Shown here one piece after another: positions 22,350 to 36,300 of a stretch of 64,000 nucleotides of DNA. How positions within the stretch are numbered: the stretch's first letter is position 1; every line of letters begins with the position of its first letter. A program made the translations under genes and the position numbers. The DNA is from Gekko japonicus. Its lineage: Eukaryota. Below the pieces are notes generated by a model. It made no database searches. It was not told where the DNA came from and saw nothing but the letters and a program-made list of their open reading frames with translations. Where the stretch lies: NCBI RefSeq assembly GCF_001447785.1, contig NW_015172125.1, positions 26,889-90,888 of the forward strand, written 5' to 3'.

Positions 22350-25300
22350 GTAAAGAGAGGAAGCAGCAGCAGCAGCAATTCTGCAGTGTCATGACTCAGC
22401 AGAAAAAAAAAAGGAAGAGCAACAGCTGGCATTGGCCTGCTTCTACCCACCTCCCTTGGGACATCAGTGGAACAGGGGGCTCCCTGGTGTCCCCCACCCT
22501 CTGCTAGCTAGTAGAATGGAAGGCTAGGTGTTCTCATTCATATGGCCTGCTCCAGCCAGTGCCTGGAAGAAGAGAGTTAGGTGACTCAATTTTGTCTTCT
22601 GCCATTTGCAGCAGCCAAAACTGCAGCCCAACTCAGCCAATTGGTAGTGATAAGAACTGCTGCCTGCTCTTTGGGCGGAGGTGTGGTATGGCTCCCTTAC
22701 CCCAGCTAACATTTTATGGAGGGCCTTCCCTCTTCTGCCTGGCTGACCCAAAATACATGCTCTAAATTGCTCTCACCTTACAACTGTGGAGATTTGTTTC
22801 AATTAGGCACATTCAGCATTACAATGTGTTCATTTCCAGGGTTCTCTGGTTTCTTATCAACTGTTTTACAATTCTCGGGTTGGAAGTTGTCTTGCACTAT
22901 GATTGCTCCCTCCACGGTCTTTGTTCTACATTGCCCTGAGCAATATGCATATTGCCTGATCACATGGTATGGGGCAGCATATCCCTGCTCTTTACCTAGA
23001 GAATGAAGCTGATCTGACATAGATGGGTGTGGAGATAATAACAGAGGAGGCAATTATCCCCCCTCCCCCATTAACCTGACTTTTGTGCAGATTTAACTAC
23101 ATCTGAATAACAGTGATGTGCCTTAACAGCATATACACAGGCAGCCTAGTGCACTCATGGTTATATGAAGACTATGGAAGTTCACTGAATGTCACTCACA
23201 CGCGCGCACACACACACACACTCTCAGCTTGATTTCTCTCACAGGGTTGTTTTAAGGATACAGTACAGGAGCAGATGCTGCAAGCGTTTTGGTGCCCCAT
23301 GGGAAGAAAAGTGTAAATATCGAAAATAAATATGGCTTTAATAGAAATTCCTCTCCCTTCCTAGGGAGTTGACAACATATACAGCTGGGCCAGAGCTGTG
23401 GAACCCGCAGAGCTACTTTTCAGTTCTCACTCTCCTGATACAATATTGACCACCTCATCAAAATATCATCATTTTAACAGCCTTACGTTTGCCCCTGGCC
23501 CTAATGGAGAGCACACAAAGTCCATTCATTTCCCTCATTCTCAGAACCAAGACACTGTCCTTAGTGAAGAAGGCTGTGCCTTCGACTAGAATGAGGAAGG
23601 TAACATTACTTTAGCTGCTTTATGATATGGTAGAGGCCAATTCTGTTTTGTAAGATACAAAACTAAAGAATGCTCTAAGTCATAACAGAGCCCTGGAGCA
23701 AATCCTGTGCCTCATCTCTTTTGACTGAAATGACTATTATCAGGAGCCCTTTAAGACAGCATGATCACTGAGATTAATGGGACATTTCCTAGGTCTGCTA
23801 TTCCAAACTCTTTGCCCGCTTCACCACCTCAAGGTTACTTAGAGGTTGCAAGTCTCCGACTAGACTAGAGTAGCATGAGAGGTTGGAGCCCACTAAAATA
23901 GGAGCTAGATGCTACTTGACTCCAAAATGCATTTTTTAAAAACTCCAGAGTAGGTCCCGATACATTTTTCCTTAGGCATCCACCCACCCTGCAGTCCCAG
24001 AAAATCTGATAAGGACCAACAAGAATGTGGCTTAGTATTTGTTAGGAAACAGCAGGCTAAGCATATAGCAGGAGACCACAGGACAGAGTGCAGGGGGGAA
24101 ATCATGCTCTTAGAGAAGGGGAGATTGGATTTATACCCTGCCCTTCACTATCTGAAGGAATCTCAGAGTGGTTTACAAACCCCTTTCCCTTCCCCTCCCC
24201 ACAACAGATACCCTGTGAGGTAGGTGGGGCTGAGAGAGCTCTTTCGAGAACTGCTCCTGAGAGAACAGCTCCAAAACAGCAACTGGAAGGCTCGGAAGAG
24301 GAACAGAGAGGGAGGCAGACATTCAATTTATGTACAGTTGGGTTTCAAAAAGGGGGCTGTAGTGATGCAGAAAAATATAGCACTGAACACAGCCAGGAGA
24401 GATGGGATTTGCACAGTACTTCTGTGAAAGCGCATAGAGATGACTGAGTGAAACCAGGTGGCATCTCATCTCCAACCCCCCTGCATTTCCATGCAGACAC
24501 CATGGTGAATGCTGCTATTTCCCTCCTCCAACAGGGACTCCCTTTGAACTTGGCAGCAATGACATGGCAGAAATCAACTTGCATGCAGTGGAATCCATTA
24601 GCGACCTGCACTATGTGTCCAGCAGACACGACCGTGCCAAAGGCTCAGAAGGTAGGTAGTCCATCCCAGCTGGATCCTCAAATCATCTTCAAGAATTCCC
24701 ATAGGGTCATTTGCTTTACCAGTAACGCTTTGTAACTATGAGAAAATATCCTGTGGCTGTGGTGACGCCGGGCCAGAGTGTGGTGGGGGGGACAGAAAAC
24801 ACTGGTTGTTTCACCTCAGCCAGGGCTGCTAAAAACTTCCAGACCAAAAAAAAAAAATCCACCTGGCTCCTCCACACTACCCATCCCCAATCTAAATATC
24901 ATATATGTTATGTTTGAATGTTTAATGATGTGGTATTGCTGTTTATTTTTGGCTGTTTTCAATTATTTTAAAATGTGATTTTACTATATTGTGTTTTGTT
25001 AGTCACCTTGCTGACCCTTGTGAGGATAGAAAGATGGGATATAAATGTTGTAAACTACGGACACAGATCACACGACTTGCGCAGTTTCATGAGCCCCTAA
25101 GAACTTTGCCTCTTTAGTCCCCTCCCCCAGCTCTGACCTCAACTCAACAGTTCTCCCTCCTCTCTTCCTCAGGGAGCAGCCAGTCCCCACCTAACACCCC
25201 ACGGACTCCTCATGGCACTTTCTCCAAACATTTCAGTCTGCCTAATGAAGAAGATGCATCTTTTCTACCACCAGTCCAGGCTGTCCACTTCATCCCTGCT

Positions 25301-27398
25301 TGCACCTGCTGCCCCTGTTTCGGCCCCACCTGCTGCCCGACAGGCTTCCTTGCTCTCCTCGGAGTGCTCGTAGTGGCCAGCCTTGCTCTAGCCACACTGG
25401 CCGTCTATCTGAGTGGTATGTTTGGGGCCCCATGGGCTGTTCTTGACTGGGGTTAATAACAAAGACTCTTGTGTTGGGAGCCGCTCAGTGCCCACCACTA
25501 GGGAAAGGGGTGAGTGAAGGAAGGAGGGCTCTGTGGAACCTAAAGACTTTGCCATCTGAGCAATCTTGAATAGTTATGCAAGCGAAAGCTTCAGGGACAG
25601 GAATCTGAGGAACCATCGTGTTGCAGAATGGCTGCAAAGGTGAGAGCAGCCCCGGCTTTGCTGCCATCTGAAAACCTGTTTTCCCCTTTCCAGACATCCA
25701 GAGGGCTCTGAAAGCAGGGTTGCTGTGGCAGTCCTACCAGGTGTGCTTTCACAGCCAGCCTGGGGGCGTCGCTGGGCTCCGGGAGCTCTCCTCCGACGCG
25801 CCGCCAGCACGTCCCGGAAGTGATGCGTGACGTCGATCACGTTGGGGGCGTGGCCCCCATCGTCGAAGGGAAAACCATAGTGATCGATGTGGTTGCGTCA
25901 CCTCTGGTGACGCAGCCATGCTGCGCCTCGAGGAGCGGAGTTCCCCCCGGGGCCCGATTCCACGGCGGCGGAAATCGGGCCTCCAAAGTGGGGGTTTACT
26001 CGCCACCCGCCCCCACTTGGCAGCCCTAAGTATACCACCTGGGAAGTCCCAGAAGGCAAGCTCACACTGCCCACTGTTGGGATTCTGAGACAGCACCTGG
26101 GTGAGACTGTCCCAGCAGACATGCTTTTGTGCCTTGATGAAAGTGAAAAATGGGGACTCTGGAAGACTTACTGTGGAGGGGAACTCTTATTTCCCACCCT
26201 GCCCCCCTCTGCCCTATTTAGTTACAGAGCAGGAAGGAGGCTAATGCTTTGGCCTGCCCTCCCGCCCAGGACCTCCCATACTGGCTTTCCTCTGCTGGTT
26301 ATATCCCTGTGAGACTGGCTGCCCACACAGAGATTGCACCATGTTTTTAAGTGAGATCTTGTATGGCAAGGCTCTGTTGTGATGTTTGTGGAGGCACAGG
26401 CATCACTTCTGTGAGGATCGAGGAGGGGAGATTTTAAATAACCTTTTTTAAAAACTTAAATCCACCCCACCCCGCCCCATACTTAGGCATTCTCCCAACA
26501 TTGCAGAAAAATCTCCCCTTTCTGTACCTGGCCCCATTGTATGTGTGTTTTGTTTTACTCCTACTAGCACAGCGGTCTTCCACCCACTGGAGTGCAAACC
26601 CCGTAGCTCCACCATTTCTTTTCTGTTTCTCAGAACCATTTGCTAGTAGTGCCCATAAAGAGAGAGCACGAGTGCTGCACTTTCTGCCCTTCTTTGCATG
26701 CCCACTGAAAGGAGAAATGGGACAGCAAGATGAGGTCACTTAACGGTGGAGAGGATTCCTTTTTAGCAACGACAAGGCTCTTTTCTCTTACGTTACTGTG
26801 ATTCATGTTCCTTCCTGTCACACGTGTATGTCAATTAAGTCCCCAGGCCTGGAGAGATTCATTACCATTTCAGTAACAGATTATATGTGTCCTAATGGGC
26901 CTGTTGCTTTGTGCAACCAGTAAATTGCAATGTTACATACTGAGTGCTGAAATAATGGTTAACTAGCTAACTCATACCGTACTATACAAGCACTAGCCCA
27001 TCAGGAATGGACCCATGAGACTGGGAGGCTACTATTTACACAGGCAACTTTAGGTTGCTTGATACTACAACTGAAGGGCTCCGATAAGGGTTGTGTGAGC
27101 AGCAACTCACCTCTCCATAAATTCTATTGCCTGAAACGCAAAAGTTCAAGCCTCTGGCATACAGCCAAGTGAAATCTGCTAATTAAAAGGAAGAGGTGCA
27201 GGTCAGAGGCTGTCTAACCAAGGCAGAGTACTAATCATGAGGTTTCTTCTCCTCTCCCCTACAGTATTACAGAGTGAGTCACTCCGTGTACTTGCCCGAT
27301 GGTTGGAGTCTCAAGAGGCGACCATCCGGCAAATGAGGGCCATGAGCTTACAGCTATGGAGTCAGCTAAATGCCAGTGAGCCCGGAGCTCAAACCTGA
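22306..27398 (+). CDS. LSMEM2: Leucine-rich single-pass membrane protein 2, model join(22306..22349,24497..24651,25173..25415,27265..27398), 191 aa
   Basis: EINLHAVESISDLH, TM segment GFLALLGVLVVASLALATLAVYLSV, and LQSESLRVLA...LNASE match remembered LSMEM2; total 576 nt, open. The first exon is inferred. Confidence 0.82.
24497..24651 (+). CDS. LSMEM2: LSMEM2 exon with LHAVESISDLH motif
   Basis: catgcag|24497 (alternative acceptor ccaacag|24535); donor GAAG|gtaggt. Confidence 0.82.
25173..25415 (+). CDS. LSMEM2: LSMEM2 transmembrane exon
   Basis: ctcttcctcag| ... AGT G|gtatgt; phase 1-1; encodes a Cys cluster and a hydrophobic TM helix. Confidence 0.9.
25715..26028. mobile_element. CpG-rich hAT MITE related to 3838-4172
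   Basis: Shared ggaagtga.../gggaaaaccatag core; ends TTGGCAGCCCTA. Confidence 0.65.
27265..27398 (+). CDS. LSMEM2: LSMEM2 last coding exon
   Basis: ctcccctacag|TA TTA CAG AGT GAG (VLQSESLRVLARWLESQE...PGAQT*). Confidence 0.9.
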
Positions 27399-28050
27399 GT
27401 TAATTCCCATCACCCCTGCCTTCCCCTTGGGAAGCTTGGTTCCAGTCCTACAGAGGAGGGAAGAACAACTCACTGCTTGACATATTTTAGACACTGACTT
27501 GACATGAGCTGGAAAAGGAGAGTTCTCCAGAATCCCTGAAGAGTTCCATATCCTCCAGGCATCAGTGGCTACAGACCTGAGGCTGTCTGAAGAAGACAGA
27601 ACAGACGGGAAGAAATGGTACTGAGACTTAATGGGAATGGTGTTTCTCATGAGCAGTGTTCCTCCAACTCATTTTTAAAAAATCTCACACAACATATTTT
27701 AAGAATACTGCTAGCACCTTAGTCACTCCAGTTTGTTCTACTATATACCCATCTTGATCTTACTTGTAGGTCACCTTTGGCCAGAGGTCTGATAAATGAC
27801 ACTTAAAGTGACAATTAAAGCCAGAACAGCTACTTTTTTACTACAGCATGCTACTCACTTCCTCAGAAGACCTGGACAAAGAAGCACTTGAGGGGGCATC
27901 ATAATATTAAAAGGAGGAACCATAGTTACCAACATTAAAAACACTTTGCAATTAGAAAATCTTGACTCTGTTGAACCATTACCCAATTAGACACACACGC
28001 ACACCCTATTTTCAATTTGTGCCAACTGCAAATGTTGTCATTTCCACAGA

Positions 28051-28060
28051 TTTATTTATT
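28051..28060 (-). terminator. Probable IFRD2 polyadenylation signal (tandem AATAAA, - strand); implies a ~2.2-kb 3' UTR
   Basis: tttatttatt on +; I recognise no repeats between it and the stop codon. Confidence 0.5.
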
Positions 28061-30239
28061 TTTCGCCAACCAGAGGTGGTGAAGGCTGATGGGGGGGGGG
28101 GTAATACTGCAGCGTAACAGAGAATATGTGGATGATCAGAAAGGTATACATACAGTACACAAATCCCAGTGATTAACTTTCAAGGTTCAAAGCAGATGTG
28201 GCAGGAGAATAGGAGAATCCATGTGTCTTCCTCTACATGTGTGAAGAGAGGGCTGAGTAGTGTATTTTAATCAAAACTGGAGTATATTGGATGGGAGGGG
28301 GGAACCCATCACTTTAAGGATTTCTTCCCCCAGCTGATACTGGGGATGGACCAAAGCTGTTTAAAGCAATGGAGGCTCTGCTCCAATCCTCCAAACACTA
28401 TGACCCTTCCCTGTAAACACAGGACAGATGAATAAGTACACTTGGATCATCATGTCTCATTTGATCCTAAAACTCCTCCTGATTTTTGCATTGTTCAGCA
28501 GAAAAATATCTTAGGCTTCCACGCCTTTTCCTTCATTCTCAAAGCCTAGACAGACTTTAAAGCATAATAAAGGGATAGCTGCAATTAGATCCTAGATGAT
28601 GCATAATATAGAATATGAACAATTACTATCTGCAAATAAGGAGTTACCCTGCTTTGGTGCTCTAAGGCATGGCTCACAACTGCACCTTGGCATTGCAGGG
28701 AACCTAGAATATCCCTACACTTGACCACTAAGCTGGCCAAATAATTCCTTTTGTGAACAGGCACATCACTCAAGATGTTGTACAGATGGTACATGCATTG
28801 TTGGTGCAGGTTGGTGCAAGAAAACTTGGCCTAAGCAATGTTCAGTGAAGAAAGGCATCATGTACCCACTTAGCTGCATGCCCTGCCATGTGGACACCAC
28901 TATTAAATTTGTAAACCTCTGTGAGTCATGGGACTTTCTCCATGCAAAGTAAGCCCCATGCCCACACCATGGCTGAAGAAGCCCAGTTAAGAGAAGCATG
29001 GCTCTTACCTGCCCCATCCTACTTTCAGGAGAAGCCGGCCACTTCAGCTTCTTAAGAAGTTCCACATGTGCAAGACGGGGCTGAAGTTGTTCCGGCTTGA
29101 AAGTGTGTGGGCCTGGCGATCTCTCAAAACTCAAATTAGTAGTAGTTCTAGGTATCCAAAAATGGGGCATTAGGTCCCCCTGTATAGCTCCTTGCCTTTC
29201 CCACTGGGTAACGGAGGTAAAATGAATTATGCAGCAAGCAAATACAAGCAGAATTAAAGCTTTTCTTGGCACTGAAAGAGAGGTACAGAGCAGGCAAAGC
29301 ACCATGGGCTTTCAACCCTCGTTTATTTTGTGTCAGTTGCAGGGAACTTCTGTGTTAGTTCCAGGGAACTTCTCTGCCACACGGGATGGCTTCCCCATCT
29401 TGGGGAAGAGAAGTTTTTGCAGGGCTGCCAACAGGGATGCTTTAAAAAGCCATATGCAAATGAGAAGCAAAGCCGAGTGCTAAAAAGCAAGAGAACTCAT
29501 CTGCAGACAGTGATGGGCAGGGAAATCAGAGAAAGGGAAAAGCAATAAAGAATCAGCAACTGCACGTGCAGAGAATACCCCCCCCTTCACTGTGTTGTCA
29601 GCCCCAGCCTTCAATCAAGTACATTGAATTCTAATTTACATGTCATCCAACCCAAGGCAATACACCTTCAACTCGGGGGGGGGGAGAACAACCCAAGGCA
29701 CCCGTCCTCAAGCCAGTTCCTTCATTGCCTCCACCTGGAACACTACAGCCTGCTTTCTCTCCTGCATTGAGCTAATCCGTGGAAGAGTTAACAGCTACAA
29801 GACAGGAGGATGGAAAATGATCACTGATTCCAATTTGTGCTGCCAACAGCAACTGTACAATACGTTCAGCAATGGAGACAGGGAAAGGAGGCTAAAATTA
29901 TCACTGGCTTAAAAAGCAGCGAGGGGAATAAGTCTTTCCCCACCACCCAACCTCGCTTAGATTTTTGGTTAAAAAAATAAAAATGGCACCTGCCCACTGC
30001 CATTCCACCAGTATTCAAACATCCAAGACATTTAAATAGTATTCTGTACACTTATATAAAAGCCCCCCGCCCCCAGAATGTGGTGGGGGAACAGAGGTGG
30101 GCATGGCACAACCCTGGTTCTGAACGAGTTGAGGCAATGAGCCCCTTGCCCCAGGCATCCCCACCCCATCATGTTCACAGTGGTCTGGTTCTGTAGTTCA
30201 TTGGCTTGACGGAAGGCAAAAGGAGGAAGCAGCTTCCCC

Positions 30240-30320
30240 TCAAAGGACATCCGCTCGCTTATCTCGAACACGGCTCCTCGCTTTTGTCCTGGCCTTGAAA
30301 GCAGCCGAGTTGTACAGATG
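30240..30320 (-). CDS. IFRD2: IFRD2 exon 12 coding part (HLYNSAAFKARTKARSRVRDKRADVL*)
   Basis: 81 nt ending in TGA. Confidence 0.95.
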   Translation of the reverse strand, partial: HLYNSAAFKARTKARSRVRDKRADVL

Positions 30321-33300
30321 CTGGTGGGGATGGAAAAAAGAAGTGATAAACAAACAAAAAAAAAAAAATCAGATTAGGGAAACTCTGATATAAAAGCTTA
30401 ACAACTCTCTAGGGCAGATGTCCCAAACCTTTATGAGCCTGCGTGCACCTTGGGAATTCTGACACAGTGTGGTGGGCACAGCCACAAAATGCTGTGCCCA
30501 CTGCCCACCCCTGCTGTGTCAGACCAAAGGTCCTTCTAGTCAAGCATTCTGTTTCAACAATGGACAGGAAGGAAAGAGCCATCCCTTGCCTGGTTCTGCG
30601 GGCCATTTCCACACAGCCCACAGACTTGAATCTCGTTCCTATCGGGCTTGGCCATCACATCTCACATTCATGTTAGAGGGCTCAGAGAACATACAGACAC
30701 ATTTTCCAGGGGCACTGCCAGGGACCTATGCAAGCCCTTCTGGAAGGGAAACCACACAGAGTTCACTGCAAAACAAGAGCCTGAACAAAGCAAAATTAGA
30801 AAGCCAAGGGCAAAACAGAAACCATAGCAGCATCACTGACGTACCTTCTCAAAGCGTGAGATCTTGCTGGCTTTGATGGTGGCAGCGTCTAGCACGAGTG
30901 GGGGCCCCAGTTCAAATATCTCACGCAGCAGCTCATTGTTCTAAGAAGACAACAGCCATTGGCTAGAATCTTGGGGCCAAGAGAGGAGCAAGTTCCCAGA
31001 AACATTCCGCATGCAATTAAGATAAGACTCAGAGTTCTGCCCTGAAGTGTCCTGTGTAGCAATGCATTTTCATGAAGATCGGCTGCCTCATCTTCTGGAG
31101 TCTCCCAACCCCCAACAACATCTCTTTCCCCACCAAAATAAAATAAGAGTTCTCAGCAGAAACTCTCCTACTCTTACCTGCAGGTGGTGCCGGACCCCAG
31201 AGCCAAGAGCTTCTTTGAAGGCATTGTACGTTCTTCTCCTTGCCCAGCTGTCCACATACATGCATTCCAGTCCAAACTTGATGGTCTCCTCATGGCACTC
31301 CCCATTCTATCACAAGGGGAAAGTGCATTCAGAGGCTTGAGGGAGAAGAACAGAAGACAAACCCCACCAAATCTTCCCACTTGGAGGACGAGACAACTCA
31401 GCACAATGTTGTATCACCAAATCCTTGGGAAGGTTAGGCACTCCAGGGACTCTCAAACTGCACTGCAGGATAAGCCAATTCCACACAAATACCTAGGCAA
31501 ACTGTTCTGCCAAGGAGTCAGCCACAAAGGGACTTGGGATACGCAGGCTTCGACCTGCTTCTTGATTATTAATGGATTAATTAAAATAATTAATTATCCT
31601 ATGGCAGTGTGTGTAGTATATCCAGGAGATCCTAAGATTGTCTGGCAGCCAGAAGTTCTAGCTCTTTTAGCATTCTGCACCACTAGGTGGTACGCTAGAC
31701 TTGGTTTTTAAGGCAACAGATGTTTCAGAGCTAGCTTCTTGATTATAATTCCTGGTAAGGGCAGAGCAGCAAAAACTGCCCCAAAAGCTCCACGAGGGCA
31801 GCCAGCACCAGCACCTAAGGGAATGCCTCCACTAACATGATTCCCCTCTGTTCTTCATGCAAGTAGCCCAGTCTCCAGATTTCAGCCAGGCTCTTCCGCA
31901 CGGCAGGCCTGACACACGGAGTAGGAGAACCGATACAAAATACATGAACAAGTGCTCAGCAATGAGCTACCACCTACTGCCCTTCATAAATGTGGGATCA
32001 AGGGAGCAGGAGGGCTCAAAGCGGACTTGAGTCCAATTTTGAGAAATCTAAATGGAGCTCTCTACAGATCTATGCAACAGTGGCTAGAGCCAGGCAAGGC
32101 ACCTCGATGTAATGCAGCACATCCCGAAAGATGGAGCGTTGCTTTCGCCGGTCTGTCTTGGCTCGGTACTTGTTGCTGTCGGTGGCCAGGGCTTTTAGCT
32201 TTGTGCACAGCAGGTCCGTTTCGTCGTAGAAAAAATCCTCCTGTGGCAAAAATGAGATGGGATGACAACTAGACGCTCCAACTCATAGTCTGAGGCCAAA
32301 CCAAAAGCATACAAGCAATGCAGCTCTTTCCAAGCTTTATTTCTTATGTCTCTTATCCCACGCTTCCTTTAGAAAGATCACAGTGGAACCCCAGCATCTC
32401 CAATCCAGGTCCTTAGATGAGGTCTGCATTCACCAAGTGCGACTAAGAAACAGTAGACTCCCTTTGACCCAGCGCCAAGCTAGAGGAGGCTACAGGTATT
32501 TCCAACAACAAAAAATCCTCACTCGCTTGATGGTTTTCAATTCACTATGGTCAAAAATATACCATTCCACTTCTTGTAAAGCCTCTATGCAGTGCAGAAG
32601 CACCAGTTCACATTTAGGAGTGGGGAGGGGGGGCTCTACTCTTTGCTGAGCCTTCTGAGACTCAAGGACCGCGTGCCTACAAACTAAGCCAAGTCAGACT
32701 AAAACAACTGAAGTTAAGTAGAGAAGAAAGGATGCAAGTGGACCGGAGCTATCATTTCTGCCTGTGCTCGTTCTTGCCTACTGACAACAGCCGATGGTTC
32801 ATAATACAAGAGAACAGGAGTCTGTCTATTTGCACCTGAAACAGAAAGGGGATTCAACATACCTCTATGTCTCGGGCCAGCTCAAAGAGTAGCGCAATCG
32901 TTTCACCTGCCACAATCCGAAGGTTGACGTTATCACTGGACAACATCAGAGGCAACGTAGGTAAGTGACTGCAGAGGAAGAGACACGAAGCAATGGAGCA
33001 CCCTCTTGTTCTGCAAGGAAGTTACTTTGGGAATTCATCCCTCTCCTCTCCCTCCCACTCCCTGGTGAGCTCACGTGCTTGAAGTGTGTTAAATCTTACA
33101 GCCAGGGCAGAACAGGAGAGGTGCCCGGGTAAGAAGGCATGCTGCTGCCTGGGCGAGACTGACCACTCACTTGTCCAGGATCTTCTTGATCTGGGTGCTT
33201 GGGCAGATGGTGAGGAGCAGGGACCAGGACTGGAGCGCGTTGCAATGCAAGACCTGGAGCAGAGGGCTGTGGTGGGAGGACTCTGATCCAGCCTCCTTAC

Positions 33301-36300
33301 GGCAGGAGGTGCCAAAGATACCCTCTAGGCAAGCAAGACAGGAAGCCAGGTCCTGAAAGAGAGGGAAAAGTCAGCAGTTCTCCCAGAAACAACAGGAAGA
33401 ACTTAAGGATGTCACATGCCACTAGAGTCACTGGTTAACTTGCTGAGAAGAACAGTGATGAAATGGCAGGGAATAATTTCTTCCCCAATCCTGCTGACTG
33501 TGAACCCTAAGAATTACCACCCTCCCACATTCCTTAAGGCACAGTTCACTTCCTTGAGCTCCAAGAACATTTTAGTTAAAAATGCCTTGCAGGGGCCATA
33601 TTTTCTCAGGACAAAATGGGCAGCTTTCCAAAATGCTTCACAGGATAGAATACAAAACTAGTACTTTCCCACAAACGGATGTGTGTTTTCTCAAAATATT
33701 TTATCACACACACACACACAAATAAAGAAGGTTCTTCCTGAAGTTCAACCCGCAGAGTTGTTTAAAGGTAAAGGTAAAGGTTCCCTTGCTCGAAAGCCCG
33801 TCGAGTCCGACTCTAGGGTTGTGGTGCTCAACTCCGCTTCAAAGCCGAAGAGCCAGCGCTGTCCGAAGACGTTTCCGTGGTCATGTGGCCGGCATGACTA
33901 AACACCAAGGCGCACGGAACGCTGTTACCTTCCCACTGAAGTGGTACCTATTTATCTACTTACAATTTCTTGCTTTCGAACTGCTAGGTTGGCAGGAGCT
34001 GGAACTAGAGATGGGAGCTCACTCCGTCATGCGGCACACTCGGGTCTCGAACTGCTGAACTACCGACCTTCCGCAGCCTGCAGTTCAGCGTCTTAACCAC
34101 TTGAGCCACCACACCAGAGTTGTTTAGGACATCACAAATGTGGAGCCTCGTGCCTTGTTTCTCTACAGCAGGGACCCCCAACGTGGGGCCCATGGTCACC
34201 ATGGTAAACCTCTAGCCCCTTTCCTGGTGCCTGCCAAGTGGGTTTAGAAAATGGGTGGGGCACTTTCAGTTGTTGGTGTTCACGGTACAATGTAGACAAG
34301 TGGCTTTATGTAAAGTACTTTACTTGAGCAGATGGCAAAGTGGTCTTCTGAAGACACAGTGGGACTCACTTCTGACTAAATATGATCGGACCGCATGGCT
34401 AAAATACTTAATTGAACTAACTGGAACTGGAAAAGTCATCATAATTCCGGTGAAGTTGATACTGACATCACTACATCTAATTTGGTCCAGTTTTCTAGAA
34501 AAAAAATGTTCCTACCAAACTCTGTCGAGAACCTCTCTCACTGTACACCTGTGCAAGGTGCTCTCCTTGCCCTTCAGCACCAACTGTTCTTGTTACAAGT
34601 AACAGCGCAGGCTAAAAACAGCTGGGCTCATGAGAGAAGGGCTCGTGTGAAGGGACAGCCAGGAGAAGAAGCGTTTTTTTCCCCTTTTCCCTTTTGTATA
34701 AGTGTGTTAGATGTCTGCAAAGTGAAGACACATCCTGCCAGATGATGGTTTCTTAGCTAGCTCAATATGTATACTAATATTGTATATATGCAAGAAAATA
34801 CAGTATGTTAATTTTAAAGGGCACCCCATTAAACAGAGCTTCTGCTTGAAATGTTCAAGAGATAATCCATAACCTCATTCCCTGAATTTTTGTGGTTGGC
34901 CTTGCCTTCTGTGCAGCCATTGTGTGATTGCACCCACCATTTTGTGTCAGATTTCTAAAAGAGCCCACAGGCTGAAAAAGGTTGGCAACCCTGTTCTATG
35001 GCATGAGGGCATGGATGGAAGGGCACACGATGCAGCTGCCTTACTGAAGTTAAGCAGATCTAGGTGTAGGTGGAAGACTTCCTGGGAACTCCATGACGGA
35101 ACTCCATGATATACTTCCACAACGGAAGACAAAGATATATATGTCAGACAAACCCTTGTGTAGCCTTTGCCCTAATCCATTCTGGAAGTTTGTCTAGTAG
35201 TTTTAGAAAGCAAAACAAATCCCTTTTCAGAAACAGTACTGAATTTCGATAACCAAACTCCTGTTGATCAGTAAAAAGCCGTAAAATGCGAATACCCATT
35301 TGTTTTGATGAGCAGCCTCCCAGCCCAAATAAAATATTTGGGTACACTAGGGGTAAAAGATGAGAAGAACTATTTCTAGCTTCATTGGCTAAAAGCTGTC
35401 AATTAAAACAGTAGCATATTTTACCTCCACATCCGCTGCAGCAATATAGCAGCACATCCCAAGAGCAGTGGCACACTAGAGGAGGTGAGGGGAAAAAAAA
35501 AAGAGGTAATGACAAAGCTATTTCCAAGAATTATTTTGAACATTAAAAAACCCAGGTAAGATTGCTCTCCTGCAAACGTTCCCTCGTGCAGCAACAGTCG
35601 CTTCGAGGCAGAAGAGAAAGAAGTTACTCACACTTTGCCGAGCAACTGGGCTGGCCGTGAAGTCTGTCAGGATGCAGATGAGAAGGGGCTTCAGGCTGCG
35701 GAACACCTCCTCCCCCTCAGGCCCTGAGCCCATCTGAAGGCACAGTAGCGTAAGAACAGTAGCAGCAAGGGACTGTTCCTCCCCCTTCCCTGAATGGAGG
35801 AAAAGACATAGCACAACTTGTAGCAAAAAACTGGACAGCTAATGGGGCTAGGCATAGGTAAGCAACACAGCACTACCACAGCATTTATAATGGTAGAGAG
35901 ACAGAGCACAAGGCTTAAGAGGGGTACTCTCTCTTACAACGTTAAAATTTCTCACAGTACTTCAAGGTGATTTTTAAGAGAAGAGTTCACTTAACACTCT
36001 AGAGAGGGAATTTCAATGGCAATATGAAGAGTACCACTAAGCAATGTGTGTCTGCTTATGTAGTAGGGGTATGCATTTGGCTAAACCTGAGGCGAATTTT
36101 TTTAAAAAAATACCTTATAGTTGTTTTCTGGATATTTTTTCAGCCGGATATTGTTTGGTCATTTTTTGGCTATCCGAAATGGCCGAGACCCGAAAATCTT
36201 TAAAAAATATTCAGGACTTTTCGTGGCCACCAGTCAAAAGTTAAAGGGCATTTAAAGGGATTGCAGTCTCTTTAAATGCCTTCAAAGTTAACAGCCCCCC

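Noticed and set aside
28766-29305. 179-aa - strand ORF
   Set aside because: Lies in the probable IFRD2 3' UTR; no motif, splice or codon support.
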